A stretch of 64,000 nt of DNA. It comes from the human T2T-CHM13v2.0 reference genome, Homo sapiens. The first letter of the stretch is position 1, and the number at the start of each line of letters is the position of its first letter. The DNA lies in assembly GCF_009914755.1 (NCBI RefSeq), contig NC_060933.1. One strand, 5' to 3'. The notes under the pieces were generated by a model that saw only the letters and a list, made by a program, of their open reading frames with translations, was not told where the DNA came from and made no database searches. A program made the position numbers and the translations under genes. Positions 42,196 to 56,400 of this stretch are shown here, piece after piece.

Positions 42196-44409
42196 ACCCG
42201 AGTGCAATGGAATGGAGTGGAATGGAATGGAATGGAATGGAACAACCCGAATGGAATCGAATGTAATGGAGAGTAAGGGAGTTGAACAGAATCAATCCGA
42301 ATGTAATGGAATGGAATGGAACGGAATGGAATTGAATGGAATGGAATGGAATGCAATGGAATGGAATGGAATAGAATGGAATGGAACAAAATGGAATGGA
42401 ACGAAATGGAATGGAATGGAATGGAATGGGATGGAATGGAATGGAATCGTTCCGAGTGGAATAGGAGGGAATGTATTCGAGTGGAATGGAAAGGAATGGA
42501 ATCAACGAGAGTGGAATGGAAGGGAATGGTATGGAATGGAAACTAATAGAATGGAATCAACCCGAGTGGAATGGAATGGAAAGGACTGGAATGGAATGGA
42601 ATGGAATGGAATCAACTCGATTGTAATGGAATGGAATGGAATGGAATGGAATGGAATGGAATGGAATCAACCCGAGTGCAATGGAATGCAGTGGAATGGA
42701 ATGGAATGGAATGGAACAACCCGAATGGCATGGAATGTAATGGAGAGTAAGGGAGTTGAATAGAATCAATCCGAATGTAATGGAATGGAATGGAACGGAA
42801 TGGAATTGAATGGAATGGAATGGAATGCAATGGAATGGAATCAACGCGAGTGCAATGGAATGGAGAGGAATGGAATGGAATGGAATGGAAACTACCCGAA
42901 TGGAATGGAATGTAATGGAGTGTAAGGGAATTGAATAGAATGAATCCGAATGTAATGTAATGGAATGGAATGGAATGGAATGGAATGGAACGGAATGGAA
43001 TGTAATGGAATGGAATGGAATCAACTCGATTGCAATCGAATGGAATGGAATGGAATTAACCCGAATAGAATGGAATGGAATGGAATGGAACCGAACGGAA
43101 TGGAATGGAATGGAATGGAATGGAATGGAATGGAATGGAACCGAACGGAATGGAATGGAATGGAATGGAATGGAATCAACTCGAGTGCAGGGGAATGGAA
43201 TGGAATGGAATACAATGGAATGAATCTTCCGGAATGGAATGGAATGGAATGGAATGGAATGAAATGCAATGGATTCAACTCGAATGCAATGGAATGGAAT
43301 GGAATGGAATCAAACCGAGTGCAATGGAATGGAGTGAAATGGAATGGAATGGAATGGAAACAACCAGAATGGATGGGAATATAATGGAGTGTAAGGGAAT
43401 TGAATAGAATCAATCTGAATGTAATGAAATGGAATGGAACGCAATGGAATGGAATGGAATGGAATCGAATGGAATGGAATGGAATGGAATCAACCGGAGT
43501 TCAGTGGAATGGATTCGAATGGAATGGAATGGAGTGGAATGGACTCAACTTGAACGGAATGGAAAGAATGGAATCAACACGAGTGGAATGGATTGGAATG
43601 GAATGGAATGGAATGGAATGGTTCGGAATAGAATGGATTGGAACAAAATGGAATGGAATGGAATGAAATGGAATGGAATGGAATGGAATGGAATGGAATG
43701 GAATCAAGTCGATTGCAATGGAATAGAATGGAATGGAATGGAACGGATTGGAATGGAATGGAATTGAATGGAATGGAATGGAATTAAATGGAATTGAAAG
43801 GAATGGAATCAACCTGAGTGCAGGGGAAAGGAATGGAATGGAATGCAATGGAATGGAATGGAATCAACCCGAGTGCAGGGAAATGTAATGGAACGGAATG
43901 CAATGGAATGGAATCATCCGGAATGGAATGGAATGGAATGGAATGGAATGGAATGGAATGGAATCAACCAGAGTGCAATGGAATGGAGTGGAAAGGAATG
44001 AAAGGAATGGAACAACCCGAATGGAATGGAATGTAATTGAGAGTAAGGGAGTTGAATAGAATCAATCCGAATGTAATGGAATGGAAAGGAATGGAATGGA
44101 ATGGAATGGAATGGAATGGAATGGAATGGAATGGAATCAACCCGAGTACAATGGAACGGAATGGAATGGAAGGTAATGTAATGTAATGGAATGAAATGGA
44201 ATGGAATGGAATGGAATGGAATCAACCCGAGTGCAATGGAATGGAGAGGAATGGAATGGAATGGAATGGAAACTACCCGAATGAAATGGAATGTAATGGA
44301 GTGTAAGGGAATTGAATAGAATCAATCCGAATGGAATAGAATGGAATGGAACGGAATGTAATGGAATGGAATGGAATGGAATCAACCCGAGTGCAGGGGA
44401 ATGGAATGG

Positions 44410-47400
44410 AATGGAATGCAATGGAATGGAATCATCCGTAATGGAATGGAAAGGAATGGAATGGAATGCAATAGAATGGAATGGAATCAACTCGATTGCA
44501 ATCGAATGGAATGGAATGGAATTAACCCGAATAGAATGGAATGGAATGGAATGGAACGGAACGGAACGGAATGGAATGGATTGGAATGGAATGGAATGGA
44601 ATGGAACGGAATGGAATGGAATGGAATAGAATGGAATGGAATGGAATGGAATGGAATGGAATGGAATGGAATCAACGCGAGTGCAGGGGAATGGAATGGA
44701 ATGGAATGCAATGTAATGGAATCTTCCGGAATGGAATGGAATGGAATGGCATGGAATGGAATGGAATGGAATGGAATGGAATAAACCCGAGTGCAATGGA
44801 ATGGAGTGGAATGGAATGGAAAGGAATGGAACAACCCGAATGGAATGGAATGTAATGGAGAGTAAGGGAGTTGAATAAAATCAATCCGAATGTAATGGAA
44901 TGGAATGGAACGGAATGGAATTGAATGGAATGGAATGGAATGCAATGGAATGGAATCAACCCGAGTTCAATGGAATGGAGAGGAATGGAATGGAATGGAA
45001 TGGAAACTACCCGAATGGAATGGAATGTAATGGAGTGTAAGGGAATTGAATAGAATCAATCCGAATGTAATGGAATGGAATGGAACGGAATGGAATGGAA
45101 TGGAATGGAATGGAATGCAATGGAATGGAATGGAATGGAATGCAATGGAATGGAATCAACCCGAGTGCAATCGAATGGAATCGAATGGAATGGCATGCAA
45201 TGGAATGGATTCAACTTGAATGGAATGGAAAGAATGGAATCAACACGAGTGGAATGGCATGGATTGGAATGGAATGGAATGGAATCAACCCGAGTACAGG
45301 GGAATGGAATGGAATGGAATGCAATGGAATGGAATCATCCGTAATGGAATGGAAAGGAATGGAATGGAATGGAATGGAATGGAATGAAATGGAATCAACT
45401 CGAATGCAATGGAATGGAATGGAATGGAATTAACCCGAATAGAATGGAATGGAATGGAATGGAATGGAACGGAACGGAATGGAATGGAAGGGAATGGAAT
45501 GGAATGGAACGGAACGGAACGGAATGGATGGAGTGCAATGGAATGGAATGGAATGGAATCAACGCGAGTGCAGGGGAATGGAATGGAATGGAATGCAATG
45601 GAATGGAATCTTCCGGAATGGAATGGAATGGAATGGAATGGAATGGAATGAAATCCAATGGATTCAACTCGATTGCAATGGAATGGAATAGAACGGAATG
45701 GAATAGAATTAACCCGAATAGAATGGAATGGAATGCAATGGAACGGAATGGAACGGAATGGAATGGAATGGAATGGGATGGAATGGAATGGAATGGTATG
45801 GAATGGAATGGAATGGTACGGAATAGAATGGAATGGAACGAATTGTAATGGAATGGAATTGAATGGAATGGAATGGAATGGAATGGAATAAACGCGAGTG
45901 CAGGGGAATATAATGGAACGGAATGCAATGGAAAGGAATCATCCGGAATGGAATGGAATGGAATGGAATGGAATGGAATGGAATCAACCCGAGTGCAATG
46001 GAATGGAGTGCAATGGAATGGAATGGAATGGAACAACCCGAATGGAATGGAATGTAATGGAGAATAAGGGAGTTGAATAGAATCAATCCGAACGTAATGG
46101 AATGGAATGCAACGGAATGGAATGCAATGGAATGGAATGGAATGGAATGGAATCAACCCGAGTGCAATGGAATGGAGTGGAATGGAATGGAATGGAATGG
46201 AACAACCCGAATGGAATCGAATGTAATGGAGAGTAAGGGAGTTGAATACAATCAATCCGAATGTAATGCAATGGAATGGAACGGAATGGAATTGAATGGA
46301 ATGGAATGGAATGCAATGGAATGGAATCAACCCGAGTGCAATGGAATGGAGAGGAATGGAATGGAATGGAATGGAAACTACCCGAATGGAATGGAATGTA
46401 ATGGAGTGTAAGGGGATTGAATAGAATCAATCCGAATGGAATGGAATGGAATGGAACGGAATGGAATGGAATGGAATGGAATGGAACGGAATGGAATTGA
46501 ATGGAATGGAGTGGAATGGAATGGAATGGAATGGAAAATTCCGAATGGAATGTAATGTAATGGAGAGTAAGGGAGTTGAAAACAATGAATCCGAATGTAA
46601 TGGAATGGAACGGAATGGAATGGAACGGAATGGAATGGAACGGAATGGAATGGAATGGAATGGAATAGAATGGAATGGAACGAAATGGAATGGAACGAAA
46701 TGGAATGGAATGGAATGGAATGGAATGAGATGGAATGGAATGGAATCGTTCCGAGTGGAATAGGAGGGAAAGTATTCGAGTGGAATGGAAAGGAATGGAA
46801 TCAACCAGAAGGGAATGCAATGGAATGGAAACTAATAGAATGGAATCAACCCGAGTGGAATGGAGTGGAAAGGACTGGAATGGAATGGAATGGAATGGAA
46901 TCAACTCGATTGTAATGGAATGGAATGGAATGGAATGGAATGGAATGGAATGGAATGGAATCAACCCGAGTGCAATGGAATGGAGTGGAATGGAATGGAA
47001 TGGAATGGAACAACCCGAATGGAATGGAATGTAATGGAGAGTAAGGGAGTTGAATAGAATCAATCCGAATGTAATGGAATGGAATGGAACGGAATGGAAT
47101 TGAATGGAATGGAATGGAATGCAATGGAATTGAATCAACGCGAGTGCAATGGAATGGAGAGGAATGGAATGGAATGGAATGGAAACTACCCGAATGGAAT
47201 GGAATGTAATGGAATGGAATGCAAAGGAATGGAATCAACCCGAGTGGAATGGCATGGAATGGAACGAAATGGAATGGAATGGAATGGAATCAACTCGAGT
47301 GGAAAGGAATGGAATGGAATGGAAAGGAATGGAATGAAATCAACTCGAGTGGAATGGAATGGAATGGAATAGATTGGAATGGATTGCAACGGAATGAAAT

Positions 47401-50400
47401 GGAATGGAATGGAATGGAATCTATCATTCCGAGTGGATTGTAAGGGAATGTAATGGAGTGGAAAGAAGGGAACGGAATCAACCTGATTGGGATGCAAGGC
47501 AATGGAATGGAATGGAAAGGAATGGAATGGAATCAACTCGATTGCAAAGGAATGGAATGGAATGGAATGGAATGGAATGGAATGGAATTAACCGGAATAG
47601 AATGGAATGCAATGGAATGGAACGGAATGGAATGGAATGGAAGGTAATAGAATCAACACGAGTGCAGGGGAATGGAATGGAATGGAATGCAATGGAATGG
47701 AATCATCCGGAATGGAATGGAATGGAATGGAATCAACTCCATTGCAATGGAATGGAATGGAATAGAATGGAATGGAATTAACCCGAATAGAATGGAATGC
47801 AATAGAATGGAATGGAACGGAACCGAATGGAGTGGAATGGAATGGAATGGAATCAACCTGAGTGCAGGGGAATGGAATGGAATGGAATGCAATGGAATGG
47901 AATCATCCGGAATGGAATGGAATGGAATGGAATGGAATCAAACCGAGTGCAATGGAATGGAGTGAAATGGAATGGAATGGAATGGAAACAACCAGAATGG
48001 ATTGGAATATAATGGAGTGTAAGGAAATTGAATAGAATCAATTTGAATGTAATGAAATGTAATCGAACGGAATGGAATGGAATGGAATTGAATCGAATGG
48101 AATGGAATGGAATGGAATCAACCCGAGTGCAATGGAATGGATTCGAATGGAATGGAATGGAGTGGATTGGATTCTACCCGAATGGAATGGAAAGGAATAG
48201 AATCAACCCGAGTGGAATGGCATGGAATGGAATGGAATGGAATGGAATGGAATGGAATGGAATGGTTCGGAATAGAATGGATTGGAACAAAATGGAATGG
48301 AATGGAATGGAATGGAATGGAATAGAATGGAATGGAATGGAATGGAATCAAGTCGATTGCAATGGAATAGAATGGAATGGAATGGAACGGATTGGAATGG
48401 AATGGAATGGAATGGAATTAAATGGAATGGAATGGAATGGAATCAACCCGAGTGCAGGGGAAAGGAACGGAATGGAATGCAATGGAATGGAATCAACCCG
48501 AGTGGAATGGCATGGAATGGAATGCAATGGAATGGAATGGAATGGAATCAACTCGAGTGGAAAGGAATGGAATGGAATGGAAAGGAATGGAAGGAAATCA
48601 ACTCGAGTGGAATGGAACGGAATTGAATGGATTGGAATGGATTGCAATGGAATGAAATCGAATGCAATGGAATGGAATCAATCATTCCGAGTGGAATGGA
48701 AGGGAAAGTAATGGAGTGGAAAGAAGGGAATGGAATCAACCCGAGTGGAATGCAAGGCAATGGAATGGAATGGAAAGGAATGGAATGTAATCAACTCGAT
48801 TGCAAAGGAATGGAATGGAATGGAATGGAATGGAATGGAAAGGAATGGAATCAACTCGATTGCAATCGAATGGAATGGAATGGAATGGAATTAACCCGAA
48901 TAGAATGGAATGGTATGGAATGGAACGGAACGGAATGGAATGGAACGGAATGGAATGGAACGGAACGGAATTTAATGGAATGGAATGGAATGGAATGGAA
49001 TGGAATCAACGCGAGTGCAGCGGAATGGAATGGAATGGAATGCAATGGAATGGAATCTTCCGGAATGGAATGGAATGGTATGGAATGGAATGAAATGCAA
49101 TGGATTCAACTCGATTGCAATGCAATGGAATAGAATGGAATGGAATGGAATGGAATGGAATTAATTCGAATAGAATGGAATGGAATGGAATGGAACGGAA
49201 TGTAACGGAATGGAATGGAATGGAATGGAATGGAATGGAATGGTATGGAATGGAATGGAATGGTACGGAATAGAATGGAATGGAACGAATTGTAATGGAA
49301 TGGAATTGAATGGAATGGAATGGAATGGAATGGAATCAACGCGAGTGCAGGGGAATGTAATGGAACGGAATGCAATGGAATGGAATCATCCGGAATGGAA
49401 TGGAATGGAATGGAATGGAATGGAATGGAATGGAATCAACCCGAGTGCAATGGAATGGAGTGGAATGGAATGGAATGGAATGGAAAAACCTGAATGGAAT
49501 TGAATGTAATGGAGAGTAAGGGAGTTGAATAGAATCAATCCGAATGTAATGGAATGGAATGCAACGGAATGGAATGGAATGGAATGGAATGGAATGCAAT
49601 GGAATGGAATCAACCCGAGTACAATGGAATGGAATGGAATGGAATGGAATGGAATGGAATGGAATGGAATGGAATGCAATGATACGGAATAGAATGGAAT
49701 GGAACGAAATGGAATGGAATGGAATGGAATGGAATGGAATGGAATGGAATGGAATGGAATCGTTCCGAGTGGAATAGGAGGGAATGTATTCGAGTGGAAT
49801 GGAAAGGAATGGAATCAACCAGAGTGGAATGGAAGGGAATGGAATGGAATGGAAACTAATAGAATGGAATCAACCCGAGAGGAATGGAATGGAAAGGACT
49901 GGAATGGAATGGAATGGAATGGAATCAACTCCATTGTAATGGAATGGAATGGAATGGAATGGAATGGAATGGAATGGAATTAACCCGAATACAATGCAAT
50001 GGAATGGAATGGAATGGAATGGAGTGGAATGAAACGGAATCATCCCGAGTGCAGGGGAATGGAATGCAATGGAATGCAATGGAAAGGAATCATCCGGAAT
50101 GGAATGGAATGCAATGGAATGCAAAGCAATGGAATCAACTCGATTGCAATGGAATGGAATGGAATGGAAAGGAATACATTGGAATCAACCCGAGTGGAAT
50201 GGAAAGGAAAGGACTGGAATGGAGTGGAATGGAATGGAATGGAATGGAATGGAATCAACTCGATTGGAATGGAATGGAATGGAATGGAATTAACCCGAAT
50301 ACAATGGAATGGAATGGAATGGAACGGAACGGAATGGAATGGAATGGAATGGAATGGAATGGAATGGAATGGAAACAACCCGACTGCCGGGGAATGGAAT

Positions 50401-53400
50401 GGAATGGAATGCAATGGAATGGATTCAACTTGAATGGAATGGAAAGAATGGAATCAACAGCAGTGGAATGGCATGGATTGGAATGGAATGGAATGGAATC
50501 AACCCGAGTACAGGGGAATGGAATGGAATGGAATGCAATGGAATGGAATCATCCGTAATGGAATGGAAAGGAATGGAATGGAATGGAATGGAATGGAATG
50601 GAATGGAATGGAATGGAATCAACTCGATTGCAATCGAATGGAATGGAATGGAATTAACCCAAACAGAATGGAATGGAATGGAATGGAACGGAACGGAACG
50701 GAATGGAATGGATTGCAATGGAATGGAATGGAATGGAACGGAAAGGAATGGAATGGAATGGAATGGAATGGAATGGAATGGAACCAACGCGAGTGGAGGG
50801 GAATGGAATGGAATGGAATGCAATGGAATGGAATCTTCTGGAATGGAATGGAATGGAATGGAATGGAATGGAATGGAATGGAATGGAATAAACCCGAGTG
50901 CAATGGAATGGAGTGGAATGGAATGGAATGGAATGGAACAACCCGAATGGAATGGAATGTAATGGAGAGTAAGGGAGTTGAATAGAATCAATCCGAATGT
51001 TATGGAATGGAATGGAACGGAATGGAATTGAATGGAATGGAATGGAATGCAATGGAATGGAATCAACCCGAGTTCAATGGAATGGAGAGGAATGGAATGG
51101 AATGGAATGGAAACTACCCGAATGGAATGGAATGGAATGGAGTGTAAGGGAATTGAATAGAATCAATCCGAATGTAATGGAATGGAATGGAACGGAATGG
51201 AATGGAATGGAATGGAATGGAATGCAATGGAATGGAATGCAATGGAATGGATTCAACTTGAATGGAATGGAAAGAATGGAATCAACACGAGTGGAATGGC
51301 ATGGATTGGAATGGAATGGAATGGAATCAACCCGAGTACAGGGGAATGGAATGGAACGGAATGCAATGGAATGGAATCATCCGTAATGGAATGGAAAGGA
51401 ATGGAATGGAATGGAATGGAATGGAATGGAATGGAATGGAATGGAATCAACTCGATTGCAATCGAATGGAATGGAATGGAATTAACCCGAATAGAATGGA
51501 ATGGAATGGAATGGAACGGAACGGAATGGAATGGAATGGAATGGAACGGAAAGGAAGGGATTGGAAGGGAATAGAATGGAATGGAATGGAATCAACGCGA
51601 GTGCAGGGGAATGGAATGGAATGGAATGCAATGGAATGGAATCTTCCGGAATGGAATGGAATGGAATGGAATGGAATGGAATGGAATGGAATCAACCCGA
51701 GTGCAATGGAATAGAGTGGAATGGAATGGAATGGAATGGAACACCCGAATGGAATGGAATGTAATGGAGAGTAAGGGAGTTGAAAAGAATCATTCCGAAT
51801 GTAATGGAATGGAATGGAACGGAATGGAATGGAATGGAATGGAATCAACCCGAGTGCAATGGAATGGAGAGGAATGGAATGGAATGGAATGGAAACTACC
51901 CGAATGGAATGGAATGGAATGGAGTGTAAGGGAATTGAATAGAATCAATCCGAATGGAATGGAAAGAAATGGAACGGAATGTAATGTAATGGAATGGAAT
52001 GGAATCAACCCGAGTGCAGGGGAATGGAATGGAATGGAATGCAATGGAATGGAATCATCCGGAATGGAATGGAATGCAATGCAATGGAATGGAATGGAAT
52101 GGAATCAACCCGATTGCAATGGAATGGAGTGAAATGGAATGGAATGGAATGGAGACAACCAGAATGGATTGGAATATAATGGAGTGTAAGGGAATTGAAT
52201 AGAATCAATCTGAATGTAATGAAATGGAATGGAACGGAATGGAATGGAATGGAATGCAATGGAATGGAATCAACCCGAGTGCAATCGAATGGAATCGAAT
52301 GGAATGGAATGCAATGGAATGGATTCAACTTGAATGGAATGGAAAGAATGGAATCAACACGAGTGGAATGGCATGGATTGGAATGGAATGGAATGGAATC
52401 AACCCGAGTATAGGGGAATGGAATGGTATGGAATGCAATGGAATGGAATCATCCGTAATGGAATGGAAAGCAATGGAATGGAATGGAATGGAATAGAATG
52501 GAATGGAATCAACTCGATTGCAATCGAATGGAATGGAATGGAATTAACCCGAATAGAATGGAATGGAATGGAATGGAACGGAACGGAATGGAATGGAATG
52601 GAATGGAATGGAATGGAATGGAACGGAAAGGAAGGGAATGGAATGGAATAGAATGGAATGGAATGGAATCAACGCGAGTGGAGGGGAATGGAATGGAATG
52701 GAATGCAATGGAATGGAATCTTCCGGAATGGAATGGAATGGAATGGAATGGAATGGAATGGAATGGAATGGAATCAACCCGAGTGCAATGGAATGGAGTG
52801 GAATGGAATGGAATGGAATGGAACAACCCGAATGGAATGGAATGTAATGGAGAGTAAGGGAGTTGAATAGAATCAATCCGAATGAAATGTAATGGAATGG
52901 AACGGAATGGAATTGAATGGAATGGAATGGAATGCAATGGAATGGAATCAACCCGAGTGCAATGGAATGGAGAGGAATGGAATGGAATGGAATGGAAACT
53001 ACCCAAATGGAATGGAATGTAATGGAGTGTAAGGGAATTGAATAGAATCAATCCGAATGTAATGGAAGGGAATGGAACGGAATGGAATGGAATGGAATGG
53101 AATGGAATGGAATACAATGGAATGGAATCAAACCGAGTGCAATCGAATGGAATCGAATGGAATGGAATGCAATGGAATGGATTCAACTTGAATGGAATGG
53201 AAAGAATGGAATCAACACGAGTGGAATGGCATGGATTGGAATGGAATGGAATGGAATCAACCCGAATACAGGGGAATGGAATGGAATGGAATGCAATGGA
53301 ATGGAATCATCCGTAATGGAATGGAAAGGAATGGAATGGAATGGAATGGAATGGAATGGAATGGAATGGAATCAAATCGATTGCAATCGAATGGAATGGA

Positions 53401-56400
53401 ATGGAATTAACCCGAATAGAATTGAATGGAATGGAATGGAACGGAACGGAATGGAATGGAATGGAATGGAATGGAACGGAACGGAACGGAATGGAATGGA
53501 ATGGAATGGAATGGAATGGAATCAACGCGAGTGCAGGGGAATGGAATGGAATGGAATGCAATGGAATGGAATCTTCCGGAATGGAATGGAATGGAATGGA
53601 ATGGAATGAAATGCAATGGAATCAACTCGATTGGAATGGAATGGAATGGAATGGAATGGAATGGAATGGAATGGAATGGAATGGAATTAACCCGAATAGA
53701 ATGGAAAGGAATGGAATGGAACGGAATGGAACGGAACGGAATGGAATGGAATGGAATGGAATGGAATGGAATGGAATGGAATCAACCCGACTGCAGGGGA
53801 ATGGAATGGAATGGAATGCAATGGAATGGATTCAACTTGAATGGAATGGAAAGAATGAAATCAACACGAGCGGAATGGCATGGAGTGGAATGGAATGGAA
53901 TGGAATGGAATGGAATCGTTCCGAGTGGAATAGGAGGGAATGTATTCGAGTGGAATGGAAAGGAATGGAATCAACCAGAGTGGAATGGAAGGGAATGGAA
54001 TGGAATGGAAACTAATAGAATGGAATCAACCCGAGTGGAATGGAATGGAAATGACTGGAATGGAATGGAATGGAATGGAATGGAATGGAATCAACTCGAT
54101 TGTAATGGAATGGAATGGAATGGAATGGAATTAACCCGAATACAATGGAATGGAATGGAATGGAACGGAATGGAGTGGAAAGGAATGGAATCAACCCGAG
54201 TGCAGGGGAATGGAATGGAATGGAATGCAATGGAATGAAATCATCCGGAATGGAATGGAATGGAATGGAATGCAAAGCAATGGAATCAACTCGATTGCAA
54301 TAGAATGGAATGGAATGGAAAGGAATACATTGGAATCAACCCGAGTGGAATGGAGTGGAAAGGACTGGAATGGAGTGGAATGGAATGGAATGGAATGGAA
54401 TGGAATCAACTCGATTGGAATGGAATGGAATGGAATGGAATTAACCCGAATAGAATGGAATGGAATGGAACGGAACGGAACGGAAGGGAACGGAATGGAA
54501 TGGAATGGAATGGAATGGAATGGAATGGAATGGAATGGAATGGAATCAACTTGAATGGAATGGAAAGAATGGAATCAACACGAGTGGAATGGCATGGATT
54601 GGAATGGAATGGAATGGAATCAACCCGAGTACAGGGGAATGAAATGGAATGGAATGCAATGGAATGGAATCATCCGTAATGGAATGGAAAGGAATGGAAT
54701 GGAATGGAATGGAATGGAATGGAATGGAATGGAATCAACTCGATTGCAATCGAATGGAATGGAATGGAATTAACCCGAATAGAATGGAATGGAATGGAAT
54801 GGAACGGAACGGAACGGAACGGAACGGAACGGAACGGAATGGAATGGAATGGAATGGAATGGAATGGAAAGGAAAGGAATGGAATGGAATGGAATGGAAT
54901 GGAATGGAATGGAATGGAATCAACGCGAGTGCAGGGGAATGGAATGGAATGGAATGCAATGGAATGGAATCTTCCGGAATGGAATGGAATGGAATGGAAT
55001 GGAATGGAATGGAATGGAATGGAATAAACCCGAGTGCAATGGAATGGAGTGGAATGGAATGGAATGGAATGGAACAACCCGAATGGAATGGAATGTAATG
55101 GAGAGTAAGGGAGTTGAATAGAGTCAATCCGAATGTAATGGAATGGAATGGAACGGAATGGAATTGAAAGGAATGGAATGGAATGCAATGGAATGGAATC
55201 AACCCGAGTGCAATGGAATGGAGAGGAATGGAATGGAATGGAATGGAAACTACCCGAATGGAATGGAATGTAATGGAGTGTAAGGGAATTGAATAGAATG
55301 AATCCGAAGGTAATGGAATGGAATGGAACGGAATGGAATGGAATGGAATTGAATGGAATGGAATGGAATGGAATGCAATGGAATGGAATCAACCCGAGTG
55401 AAATCGAATGGAATCGAATGGAATGGAATACAATGGAATGGATTCAACTTGAATGGAATGGAAAGAATGGAATCAACACGAGTGGAAGGGCATGGATTGG
55501 AATGCAATGGAATGGAATCAACCCGAGTACAGGGGAATGGAATGGAATGGAATGCAATGGAATGGAATCATCCATAATGGAATGGAAAGGAATGGAATGG
55601 AATGGAATGGAATGGAATGGAACGGAACGGAATGGAATGGAATGGAATGGAATGGAATGGAATGGAACGGAAAGGAATGGAATGAAGTCAACTCGAGTGG
55701 AATGGAATGGAATGGAATGGATTGGAATGGATTGCAATGGAATGAAATGGAATGGAATGGAATGGAATCAATCATTCCGAGTGGAATGGAAGGGAATGTA
55801 ATGGAGTGGAAAGAAGGGAATGGAATCAACCCGAGTGGAATGCAAGGCAATGGAATGGAAAGGAATGGAATGGAATCAACTCGATTGCAATGGAATGGAA
55901 TGGAATGGAATGGAATGGAATGGAATCGAATTAATCGGAATGGAATGGAATGGAATGGAATGGAAGGGAATGGAATCAACACGAGTGCTGCGGAATGGAA
56001 TGGAATGGAATGCAATGGAATGGAATCATCCGGAATGGAATGGAATGGAATGGAATCAACTCCATTGCAATGGAATGGAATGGAATGGAATGGAATTGAA
56101 TGGAATGGAATTAACCCGAATAGAATGGAATGCAATAGAATGGAATACAACGGAACCGAATGGAGTAGAATGGAATGGAATGGAATCAACCCGAGTACAG
56201 GGGAATGGAATGGAATGGAATGGAATGGAACGGAACGGAATGGAATGGAATGGAATGGAATGGAATCAACGCGAGTGGAGGGGAATGGAATGGAATGGAA
56301 TGCAATGGAATGGAATCTTCCGGAATGGAATGGAATGGAATGGAATGGAATGGAATGGAATCAACCCGAGTGCAATGGAATGGAGTGGAATGGAATGGAA

